Shown: positions 37,742 to 46,556 of the stretch, one piece after another
How positions within the stretch are numbered: the stretch's first letter is position 1
Layout: every line of letters starts with the position of its first letter
Source: Candidatus Rariloculaceae bacterium
GTDB lineage: Bacteria; Pseudomonadota; Gammaproteobacteria; Steroidobacterales; Rariloculaceae
Reading direction: 5' to 3'
Assembly (NCBI GenBank): GCA_965221035.1
Contig: OZ244860.1
Location: 1,468,614-1,532,613 of the forward strand
DNA: 64,000 nucleotides
The notes under the pieces: generated by a model
Seen by the model: only the letters and a program-made list of their open reading frames with translations
Told to the model about the DNA's origin: nothing
The model's database searches: none
Made by a program: the position numbers and the translations under genes

Positions 37742-37969
37742 ATGCCCCGAGACACTCGACCAACCAATCGGCTTTCCCATCCGATCCGGTGCGTTGCGTT
37801 GATGCTCGCGGCCAGCATAACCAACGCCCAGGAATCCGTTTGCGACGTCCCGACACAACCCATTGAAGTCCCCATTTTCGATGCCGATGTCGTCTTCTTT
37901 GGCGAATTGCACGGAAACAAACTCCAGAAACATTCCTGGCGGGAGTGTGCCAACCTTGGCCAGTTGTAA
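37742..37969 (+). pseudogene. N-terminal fragment of a secreted ChaN/EreA-like protein
   Basis: Signal-like segment, then DADVVFFGELHG (GExH motif); stops about 17 aa later. Confidence 0.4.
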
Positions 37970-38047
37970 AAGTGACCGATTTGACGGCCTACGAAAACAG
38001 CGTCAGGGCGGAGGGATCCTACCACTTCGTTCTGCCCATTGGCCGGG

Positions 38048-38737
38048 TCAGCGCCTCTCCGCCTGCCGTGGGCTTGTAGACGACGCATCGCCGCGGCGGC
38101 TGAAGTACTCGTCGGCATCCATTCCGATGATGCGGTTCTCGCGATTCATGGCCTTGCGCCAGCCTGCCTCGATTCTTGCGATCAACTCCTCCGGGTCTCC
38201 AAACACCTCCCGTCCGGTAATCCGAAGCAGGGTGATGTCGAACCTTGCGCAGTCCGCGTCTTTCCGCCTGTCCAGCTCGCGCTGATCCTCCGCGTCGTCA
38301 GTGGCCCGAATGATGTCGATCGCCAGTCGCACGTCCGGGAAGAAGATGTCGACAATCCATCTGCCAGAGATCACGTACTGGCATTTGAAACTTCCGACCG
38401 ACTCACCATCGTTCATCTGTCGCAAGACCTGCGAGAGCCTCCTCTCGACGGGTGCCGGATTTCTCCGTTTACGACTCGCCAGGGACCGGATATTGCTTCG
38501 CGCCGGATGGCCTGTCACCGCCAGTGGCTCACCCACCACCCGGGGGATGGCTCCAGCCGATATCCGGGAGCGAACCGTTTTTGGACGCGTCTGCTCGCCT
38601 GCCACACCCTGTTGGCCGGATCTCTGGTTTCTTCCGCGCTCCCGGCGCTTGAACCACGCGTTCCAGTTTCTCTCACTTCTCACTTCACTGCTCCGCTCGT
38701 TGAATGGACCGTTCCCGAAGGTCCCGGCGGCAATCAA
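38048..38737 (-). CDS. DUF559 (Vsr-like) endonuclease-domain protein, degenerate site; start uncertain
   Basis: E..L, FK.Q..I...IVDIFFP..RLAI and D..KD......I.LLRI motifs; the usual ExDGxxH reads DIIRATD. Confidence 0.7.
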   Translation of the reverse strand: MIAAGTFGNGPFNERSSEVRSERNWNAWFKRRERGRNQRSGQQGVAGEQTRPKTVRSRISAGAIPRVVGEPLAVTGHPARSNIRSLASRKRRNPAPVERRLSQVLRQMNDGESVGSFKCQYVISGRWIVDIFFPDVRLAIDIIRATDDAEDQRELDRRKDADCARFDITLLRITGREVFGDPEELIARIEAGWRKAMNRENRIIGMDADEYFSRRGDASSTSPRQAERR

Positions 38738-38858
38738 GCCAGCTTGAACCGTCGTTGGTATGATGGTGGATGGATGCGCTCCTTTTGCGCCAGTCCCGTT
38801 TCTGGACGAAGTGCAGAGAAACTACCGACGGCAGATACTGCCCGAACAGGTGCGTGCC

Positions 38859-38873
38859 TGTGATAGTATCGCC
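38859..38873. promoter_or_regulatory. Weak Zur-like box upstream of the DUF2946-like ORF
   Basis: TGTGATAGTATCGCC matches TGTTATAnTATAACA at 10 of 14 positions. Confidence 0.35.
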
Positions 38874-38903
38874 ACCGCCAAGTCAGGGTACATCAAGATC
38901 CCA

Positions 38904-39212
38904 GTGAACCGGATTCGCAACATACTCGTCAGGAAACGGTCGGCCCTGGGCCTGTTCGCCGGCCTTCTGATCGCCGGGCAGATCTACGCCGTTGTGCATG
39001 CGGGCGAATTCGGCCCGGCTCCCCATGAGCACAATGGCGTTGTCTGTATTGCAGTCTCGACAGACGAGCAGGAAGGGCTCGTTCCGACTGCAAATCTGAC
39101 CGCGTCAAAATTCACCGCCCTGACCTCCGCCACACTCCGGTCGGCGAGGCAAGCACCTCAGGAGCGCCCGCGCTCGGTTCGACCTCCGCCCACAGGTCCC
39201 CCCTCAATCTAA
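38904..39212 (+). CDS. DUF2946-like small protein (putative regulatory uORF)
   Basis: TM/signal segment ending in H, then HEH...C, and C-terminal RPPPTGPP; lies directly upstream of a TonB receptor. Confidence 0.65.
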   Translation: MNRIRNILVRKRSALGLFAGLLIAGQIYAVVHAGEFGPAPHEHNGVVCIAVSTDEQEGLVPTANLTASKFTALTSATLRSARQAPQERPRSVRPPPTGPPSI

Positions 39213-39306
39213 AACCTTTGATTCCTTGCACCGATAGGTGCGTCCGCGCGATGGTGCGCTGCGCCGTTGTCTTTGCGGAATTTCAAACGTTTATGGATTG
39301 AGACAA

Positions 39307-41511
39307 ATGACCAGACACACATCCAAGCCGGTGGCGCTCGCATTCGCTGCCGCACTCACATTTCCAAGCGCGCTGCCAATTGCTGCGCAAACAACTCAGG
39401 CAGGCGACGACGAGGGCGTCGTGGAGGAGGTTTTCGTAATTGGCGATCGCCGCGCATACCAGGGAAATTTCGACAACCTCGAAAAACCATCGGCCGACCA
39501 GACTATCGATGAAGACCTGCTTCGCGAAGTCGGTGCGATCAACCTCAATCAGGCGCTGGACCTTTCGGCATCCGTTGCACGCCAAAACAACTTTGGCGGT
39601 TTGTGGAACAGCTTTTCGATTCGCGGCTTCTACGGAGACATCAACTTGCCCAGCGGGTTCCTGGTGAACGGATTCAATGCTGGCCGCGGGTTCGCCGGCC
39701 CACGGGACCTGGTGGGTATCGTGTCCGTGGAAGTGCTCAAGGGGCCGCGCTCAGCGCTATTCGGGCGTGGCGAGCCCGGCGGCACGGTCAATCTTGTGAC
39801 CAAGCGGCCGCAATTCGAGACGTTGGGGGACTTCCGTGCCACCTACGGGAGCTGGAATCAGATCCGTTTCGAAGGGGATTTCCAGACCACGGCGGGAACC
39901 AACGACGAAGTCGGGCTTCGCATCGTGGCATTCCAGGAGGAAGCGGAGAGCTTCAGGGATACGGTGGAGACAGCGCGTTTCGGCCTGTATCCGTCGATTA
40001 CCTGGGATATCTCCGAGAATACCAGCGTGACCTACGAACTCGAGTTCACGGAGCAGGAGATTCCCTTTGATCGGGGTGTTGCCTTCTCGGAAGAATATGG
40101 TTTCACGCCGCGTGAGACGTTCGCAGGCGAGCCCGGTGACGGACCCATCAGGACCGAAGTTCTTGGTCATCAGCTCGAAGCCCAGCACAACTTCTCCGAT
40201 AACTGGAGTCTGCTTGCCGGTCTTGGATATAGAGATACGTCCTTTGAAGGCAACGCATCCGAAACAAACTTCGGCGGACGCCAGACCTATTTCCTGGATG
40301 GGCAAACCCTGTCGCGGTTTTTCCGCTATCGAAACTTTGAGTCGGACTATCTTGTGGCCCGAGCGGAAGTTGCGGGTGAGTTCAATACAGGCTCACTTCG
40401 TCACAGGCTGCTCGTGGGCGCCGACTATGACCGTTTCAACCTTAGCTGGTTTATCCTGCGTTACCGGCCAGGGTGGTTTCCCGGCGGGACGGATATCAAC
40501 ACGCTCGATCCGGCGCAATACCTTCTGTTGGATGTGTTCAATCCGGTCTACGGCCGGTACCCGCAACCGGTGCCCGGGCCAAACACGAACCGCGATGAAA
40601 TCCTGAATGGATTCGGCATGTACATACAGGACCAGATCGACATCACGGATCGGTTTCAGGTTCGCCTGGGCTTGCGCTGGGACGACTTCGAGCAGGATTT
40701 GATCAACCTTCGCGCGACGCCCGCAGCGACGACTACGACATCGGATAATCGCGTCTCACCGCAATTTGGCGCGGTTTACTCGGTCAACGACGGCTTGAGC
40801 CTGTACGCCTCCTACGGAGAAGGCTTCCGCCAACAGGCAGGGTCCGACTATCAGGGCAACCAATTCAATCCCAACCTGACCGAGTCAGCAGAGGTCGGGC
40901 TCAAGCTGGATGTGGCGCAATTTTCCCAGGAAGTCTCCGGCTCGCTCACGTTTTCACTGTTTCGGCTGAACCAGAGCAACATTCTGGTAAACGACGATCG
41001 GCCGGAGGTCGTGGCACTGGGGGGGTGGTTTTTGCATGATGCAGGCGAAGCACGCAGCCACGGGTTCGAAATTGACGCGGACCTTGCCTTCCGGAGCGGC
41101 TCCAATCTGTGGTTGTCCTATGCCTACGCAGACGCGATATTCACCACCACCAATCCCGAAGCCGACTGGGGTGTGATCATCGAAGCCGGCGACCCACTCA
41201 TCAACTCGCCGGAACACCAGGCAAACGTGCAGTTCAGCCAGAGTTTCTCGGTGGGAGACATGCCCGCGCAGGTGGGTGCCGGCATTCAATACACCGGCGA
41301 GCGGCTTGGCTTCACTGCCTTTGACTTCTACTTGCCCGGCTATACCACCGCTCGGCTCTTTGGCCAAGTCCGACCCAGCGAGCGGTTCATCATTCGACTT
41401 GACATGGACAACGCATTTGACGAGGTGTACTACACCAATTCGTATGCGGACGTTTGGGTCGAACCGGGCGCACCTCGTCGCTACCGTGTCACCGCGTCCT
41501 ATACGTTCTAG
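39307..41511 (+). CDS. TonB-dependent siderophore-type receptor
   Basis: EEVFVIG, SIRGF, VEVLKGPRSALFGRGEPGGTVNLVTKRP and PGAPR motifs; C-terminal F. Confidence 0.94.
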   Translation: MTRHTSKPVALAFAAALTFPSALPIAAQTTQAGDDEGVVEEVFVIGDRRAYQGNFDNLEKPSADQTIDEDLLREVGAINLNQALDLSASVARQNNFGGLWNSFSIRGFYGDINLPSGFLVNGFNAGRGFAGPRDLVGIVSVEVLKGPRSALFGRGEPGGTVNLVTKRPQFETLGDFRATYGSWNQIRFEGDFQTTAGTNDEVGLRIVAFQEEAESFRDTVETARFGLYPSITWDISENTSVTYELEFTEQEIPFDRGVAFSEEYGFTPRETFAGEPGDGPIRTEVLGHQLEAQHNFSDNWSLLAGLGYRDTSFEGNASETNFGGRQTYFLDGQTLSRFFRYRNFESDYLVARAEVAGEFNTGSLRHRLLVGADYDRFNLSWFILRYRPGWFPGGTDINTLDPAQYLLLDVFNPVYGRYPQPVPGPNTNRDEILNGFGMYIQDQIDITDRFQVRLGLRWDDFEQDLINLRATPAATTTTSDNRVSPQFGAVYSVNDGLSLYASYGEGFRQQAGSDYQGNQFNPNLTESAEVGLKLDVAQFSQEVSGSLTFSLFRLNQSNILVNDDRPEVVALGGWFLHDAGEARSHGFEIDADLAFRSGSNLWLSYAYADAIFTTTNPEADWGVIIEAGDPLINSPEHQANVQFSQSFSVGDMPAQVGAGIQYTGERLGFTAFDFYLPGYTTARLFGQVRPSERFIIRLDMDNAFDEVYYTNSYADVWVEPGAPRRYRVTASYTF

Positions 41512-41520
41512 GCGGCTTGA

Positions 41521-41553
41521 GTCCACGGCGCAACAACCGGTTGCGCCGTGGAC
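41521..41553. repeat. Perfect 14-bp intercistronic hairpin
   Basis: GTCCACGGCGCAAC-AACCG-GTTGCGCCGTGGAC with no U tract. Confidence 0.75.
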
Positions 41554-41585
41554 CAGCTCTGTAGTGATTGCGTGACCCTCAATCC

Positions 41586-42746
41586 ATGACCAACGAAAAC
41601 ACCGCAGCAGCCCGGATCGCGTCGCTCGATATCTTGCGCGGCGTGGTCATCCTTTTGATGATGCTGGATCACGTTCGTGAACGCTTTTACATGCATACAC
41701 GAACCGGTGACCCGATCTTTGAATCCATTGAGCCCGACCTCTTCATCACGCGTTACATCACCCACCTGTGCGCACCGGTATTCATTTTTCTGGCAGGGCT
41801 TTCCGCATGGCTGTACGCCCACCCGGCCAACGGTCCTTATCGATCACCAAGTGCGTTCCTGGTCAAGCGCGGCATGGTCATCATTATGATCGATCTGGTT
41901 TTCTACTATCTTCTCTGGGCCGATAGTTTTCCCTCGTCGCTGTTCCTGCAAGTGCTCTTTGCCATCGGCTTGTGCATGATTGGGCTTGCCCTGGTTTGCC
42001 GACTGAACTACTGGTTGCTTGGCGCTCTAGGCCTTCTCATTGTATTTGGCCATGACGCCCTGGGGCCCATCGACCTCGAACCAGGCGGGATCGGTTATGT
42101 GCTGTGGACAATACTTCTCGACCCCAACGATCTTGGGCAGTTCGGTGGATTGACGATCAGTATCTCGTATCCCGCCTTGCCTTGGTTTGGAGTCATTCTC
42201 CTCGGCTACTTTGCCGGCCCGTTGTATGCGAAATCATTTCCGAAACCAACCAGACAGAAATATCTGCTTGGCATTGGTTTGACCAGCCTTGCGCTACTGC
42301 TGTTGCTCCGAGGTTTCAACATCTATGGGGAAAGTCTGCCTTGGTCGGTACAGGGCACAGCGGTTGAAACCATCATGTCGTTTGTCAACTTTACAAAATA
42401 TCCACCTTCTCTCAATTTCCTGTTGATCACACTGGGTAGCGGGCTATTGCTCCTGGCGTGGCTCGAGTCAATCCCTGGCCGAAGCAAGGTGTTGCGTGCG
42501 GTTCAGGATTTTGGTTCGGTACCATTGTTCATATATGTGTTGCACTTGTATGTGTTGTTGGCGGCTTACTGGGCCTTGTTTCTTGTGTTCGGCCCGACAC
42601 ACGGGGAGCGCTTCGGCTTGAGCAGTGTCGCGTGGATATGGGTGGGGACCATTGTATTGGTGCTCGCGCACTATCCTGTTGCGAGGGCGTTCGCGGCCTA
42701 CAAGCATCGGGAAAAGCGCAACAAGGCATGGCTGAGTTACTTGTGA
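41586..42746 (+). CDS. DUF1624 (HGSNAT-like) membrane protein
   Basis: RIASLDILRG..I.LM.LDHVR, RYITHLCAPVFIFLAG, YP.LPW.G and KYPPSL motifs. Confidence 0.88.
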   Translation: MTNENTAAARIASLDILRGVVILLMMLDHVRERFYMHTRTGDPIFESIEPDLFITRYITHLCAPVFIFLAGLSAWLYAHPANGPYRSPSAFLVKRGMVIIMIDLVFYYLLWADSFPSSLFLQVLFAIGLCMIGLALVCRLNYWLLGALGLLIVFGHDALGPIDLEPGGIGYVLWTILLDPNDLGQFGGLTISISYPALPWFGVILLGYFAGPLYAKSFPKPTRQKYLLGIGLTSLALLLLLRGFNIYGESLPWSVQGTAVETIMSFVNFTKYPPSLNFLLITLGSGLLLLAWLESIPGRSKVLRAVQDFGSVPLFIYVLHLYVLLAAYWALFLVFGPTHGERFGLSSVAWIWVGTIVLVLAHYPVARAFAAYKHREKRNKAWLSYL

Positions 42747-42882
42747 ATCGCGTTAACCCAAGTGCTGTATCCGCCAATGAGGGTCGTGGCGTGCACGCTC
42801 AACTTCACAATCCATGGCAAGACCCCCGCGTCTCGACCACAGCTGCCGCACCCAAGGCATTGCCATTGTTTCAGGGATCAAG

Positions 42883-43605
42883 ATGATGCACATGCTCGAA
42901 GCACAGTCGCTCAGCGTAACGCGCTCCGGCCAGGAAGTGCTGAAGGACGTATCCTTCAGCGTCGCCCAAGGGGAGGTTCATGCCCTGCTTGGCGGCAACG
43001 GCGCCGGCAAGTCCACCACCTTGCTGACGTTTCTCGGCTTCCTCACGCCGGTAATGGGCAGCGTGCATGTTCAAGGCCGCGACGTGGGCGATGATATCGG
43101 CGCCGCACGCCAGGCCATCGCCTACCTGCCCGAAGCGGCGGCCTTGTACGGCCACCTGAATGCCTACGAAAATCTACAATATTTCCTTTCGCTCGCGGGG
43201 ACGAACGTGGACCGGCAACTGCTCGATTCAGCCTTGGACCGCGTTGCCTTGCAGGCTGAGGCCCGCGAAATGCGCATGCAAACCTACTCGAAGGGCATGC
43301 GCCAAAAGGTGGCGATCGCCATGGCCATCCTGAGAGAGGCTCCCATCCTGCTGCTGGACGAACCGACTTCGGGTCTGGACCCCTTGGCGATCGATGATTT
43401 CAACCGGCTGGTCAGGGTTCTCGCCGAGGATGGTCGGACCATTCTGCTGGTTACCCACGATGTCTACGGCGCCTGCCATGTGGCCGACCGGATCGGCCTC
43501 CTGCACCAGGGCGAACTCGTCGGCACCTTCGACCGGCCAACTGGAATGGACCGTATCGACACCGAGGAGGTGCATTCCGCATTCGCAATGCAGGCGGCAG
43601 CATGA
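42883..43605 (+). CDS. ABC transporter ATP-binding protein
   Basis: GGNGAGKST, YSKGMRQK, LLDEPTSGLDP and THD motifs. Confidence 0.95.
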   Translation: MMHMLEAQSLSVTRSGQEVLKDVSFSVAQGEVHALLGGNGAGKSTTLLTFLGFLTPVMGSVHVQGRDVGDDIGAARQAIAYLPEAAALYGHLNAYENLQYFLSLAGTNVDRQLLDSALDRVALQAEAREMRMQTYSKGMRQKVAIAMAILREAPILLLDEPTSGLDPLAIDDFNRLVRVLAEDGRTILLVTHDVYGACHVADRIGLLHQGELVGTFDRPTGMDRIDTEEVHSAFAMQAAA

Positions 43606-45041
43606 TGAACCGAATATTCACCATGGCACGGGCCGAATCACGGCTATGGCTGAGGTCGAGGCTCGCTTCAGGCGCATTGGCCATCTTTGCGCTGTTGCTG
43701 ACCACGACCAGCCTGGTGACCTCACTCAGAATGGGCGAGGAGCAACGGGAAAGAACGGAGCAGCAGGCCTCCGCCGAAGACTATTTTCTGTCCCAGCCCG
43801 ATCGCCACCCGCACCGAATGTTGCATTACGGGCATTATGTCTTCCGCGCACCCCCGCCCCTGTCGATGATCGACCCCGGCGTCGACTCGGTAACCGGGCA
43901 GTCGATCTTTCTGGAAGCCCACCGGCAAAACACGGCGATGTTCGCCGACGCGAGGGCGAGTGCCGAACTCGGCGGCTTTGAAAACCTGACCGTCGCGCTT
44001 GTATATCAGTTGTTCCTGCCCTTGCTTCTGATCGCCATGGGTCATGGGCTGATCATTCGCGAGCGCGAAGAGAACACACTCGCGCCGCTGCTTGCGCAAG
44101 GCGTGACGGGAATCCAGATCTACGTAGCCAAGTGGGTCGCCTTGGCGGGAGTTTCCCTTGCGCTGTTGCTGCCGCTTGCCTTCATGACCGCTCTGGCCAT
44201 TGGCCGGGGCGCGGCGCCACTGGCAGGCGTCGGGATCCTGGGGCTTTACGCGCTCCACTTGCTTGTGTGGTGCGGTCTCATCCTGCTCGTGTCGACCTGC
44301 GTCCGGTCACGCGGTACTGCCCTGGGCATACTGGCGTTGTTCTGGCTTGGCGCGGCGTTGATCGTCCCGCGCGTTTCCGTCGAATCCGCCAGTTCGGTCA
44401 TGCCCGCACCGGGAACAATACAGACCGACCTGCGCATGCAGGCCGACCTGCGCGAAGTCGGCGATGGCCACAATGCCGGCGCTCCGGCCTTCGCGCAGCT
44501 TCGGGACAATCTGCTGGCGCAATACGGCGTCGAACGCCTGGAAGATCTGCCGGTCAATTTCCGCGGCGTCGTCGCCGAGTTCGCCGAAGAAGGCGTGACG
44601 GAGGTGATGAACCGGTATGCCGAAGAGCGCAGGGCCCTCGAAGTGGACCAGGCCCGGTTCGCCGCGTCCTTTGGTTGGCTGTCCCCGGTCGTGGCGGTAT
44701 CGGCAGGCTCCCGCGCGCTGTCTGGAACCGACCTTGCGGCGCACCATCGTTTCCTGCGCGAAGCCGAGGCCGTGCGCTTTGATTTCGTGCAGAGCCTGAA
44801 TCGCGTGCATGTCGAGCAACTCGCCTACATCGATGACATCAACCGCAATATCGACGCCGAAGCCTCACAACGTACTCGCATGTCGGCCGAAAACTGGAGC
44901 GTGCTTGACGAGTTTTCCTTCAAGCCTGCCCCGGCAGGCGAACGCCTGGCCCGCGCCCGAACGCCCATGGTCATGCTGTTCACCTGGACCCTGATGCTGA
45001 CGGCAGGCGGCCTTGTCGCCGCGCGCAGGTTACGGCCATGA
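43602..45041 (+). CDS. ABC-2-type permease, DUF3526
   Basis: RHPHRMLHYGHY, DPGVD, LEAHRQN, EREENTL and SGTD motifs. Confidence 0.88.
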   Translation: MMNRIFTMARAESRLWLRSRLASGALAIFALLLTTTSLVTSLRMGEEQRERTEQQASAEDYFLSQPDRHPHRMLHYGHYVFRAPPPLSMIDPGVDSVTGQSIFLEAHRQNTAMFADARASAELGGFENLTVALVYQLFLPLLLIAMGHGLIIREREENTLAPLLAQGVTGIQIYVAKWVALAGVSLALLLPLAFMTALAIGRGAAPLAGVGILGLYALHLLVWCGLILLVSTCVRSRGTALGILALFWLGAALIVPRVSVESASSVMPAPGTIQTDLRMQADLREVGDGHNAGAPAFAQLRDNLLAQYGVERLEDLPVNFRGVVAEFAEEGVTEVMNRYAEERRALEVDQARFAASFGWLSPVVAVSAGSRALSGTDLAAHHRFLREAEAVRFDFVQSLNRVHVEQLAYIDDINRNIDAEASQRTRMSAENWSVLDEFSFKPAPAGERLARARTPMVMLFTWTLMLTAGGLVAARRLRP

Positions 45042-46288
45042 CCGGACCGACGCGGGAAATCCGTTTTCTTGCGAGCGACCAGTCGGCATTGCTTTGGCTG
45101 CTACTCACGGCGCTTGTCGCGGGCGTGTCGGTTTTTCTTGGTCTTCGCGAAGTCGCCTCGCAGCGCGCGACCCTGAACGAATTGATCGAAATTGACCGCG
45201 TCGAACGGGAAGTGACGGCGGGACTGTACCGGACCTGGGGAGACGCGGCCTATTACACTTTCCACCTTACCTACGATTCGCCGTCGGATTTTGCCTTTGC
45301 GGCGCTCGGCCAGCGCGACACCTCTCCCTGGAAGCACAATATCCGTGCGCTCGCCATCGAAGGACAGATTTACGAGACGGACGCGGAAAATCCCGACTTT
45401 GCCCTCATCGGCCGTTTCGACTTCGCGTTCGCCGCCAGCATGCTGGCTCCGCTGTTGCTGATCCTTCTGTTGCACGATCTGCGATCCTCAGAGCGCGCCG
45501 CGGGGCGCTATGAACTGCTCAGCGCAACAGCGTCGGCCCGAGGCAGTCCCTGGCGTGCGCGAGCGGCCTTACGGGTTGGGGCGATACTGCTCTGTCTGAC
45601 CGTTCCACTCTGGGCCGGCGGTCTGCTTGCCGGAACCGGCATTTCGGACCTGGCGCTTGCGAGCCTCGTTGTCACCTTGCACCTGGGATTCTGGTGGTGT
45701 GTTTGCGCGATGGTCGACCGCTTCGGATGGAGCAGTCCGATCAACCTGACCACGCTCTTCGGCGCGTGGCTCGCGCTTGCCGTGGTCGTCCCCGCGGCCA
45801 TCGAGTATTCAGTGGAGGCCGCCGTACCGTTACCTGATGGCGGTGACATCCTGTTGACCCAAAGGGAAGCGGTGAACGACGCCTGGGACCTTCCCAAATC
45901 CGCGACGATGGAGCCCTTCATGGAGCGCCACCCCGAATGGTCGGACTACGCGGAAGTCAGCCAGACATTCGAGTGGAAGTGGTACTACGCCTTCCAGCAA
46001 GTCGGCGACCAGACGGTCGAGCCGCTGTCACAGGCGTATCGCGAGGGGCGCGTCAGGCGTGACCGGCTGGCTGGAATGCTCGCCTGGCTTTCGCCGCCCG
46101 CGCTGGCCGAGCGCGCCCTGCAGGTCATTGCGGGCACGGGCATGGCGGCCTCGATGGCGTATGAACAACGGGTGCGCGACTTTCACGCCTCCATCAGGAC
46201 CTACTACTACCCCAGGCTGTTTCGCGACGAAGAATTCTCGGATGCCAGTCTCGGGCAGCGACCTGTATTCCGCCCGTCGGGTGAGTGA
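45038..46288 (+). CDS. ABC-2-type permease, DUF3526
   Basis: LEGQIYE-like, NP..ALIGRFDFAF, ER.AGR, WYYAFQQ and LSP motifs. Confidence 0.88.
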   Translation: MTGPTREIRFLASDQSALLWLLLTALVAGVSVFLGLREVASQRATLNELIEIDRVEREVTAGLYRTWGDAAYYTFHLTYDSPSDFAFAALGQRDTSPWKHNIRALAIEGQIYETDAENPDFALIGRFDFAFAASMLAPLLLILLLHDLRSSERAAGRYELLSATASARGSPWRARAALRVGAILLCLTVPLWAGGLLAGTGISDLALASLVVTLHLGFWWCVCAMVDRFGWSSPINLTTLFGAWLALAVVVPAAIEYSVEAAVPLPDGGDILLTQREAVNDAWDLPKSATMEPFMERHPEWSDYAEVSQTFEWKWYYAFQQVGDQTVEPLSQAYREGRVRRDRLAGMLAWLSPPALAERALQVIAGTGMAASMAYEQRVRDFHASIRTYYYPRLFRDEEFSDASLGQRPVFRPSGE

Positions 46289-46556
46289 CTCGCGGCGCGA
46301 GACCACTCCCGAGCCAGATCCCGCCCCTTGCGGACGGGGCAAACAGACATCACCTCGTCCCTCTCGCCGAATCCGCACCTGAAGCCAAGGGTGGGTGAGC
46401 GAAGCACGCCCGTTCCGATACAATTCAGCCGCCCGCCCTCCATTGGCGGATGAATGACCCGTACCGACGCAGGGATAGAATGCAATCGAGCAACACGTGG
46501 CGAGCCCGGAATGGCTTGACGGGGTTCCCAATGAAGACGGCCAACCGGGATTGACG

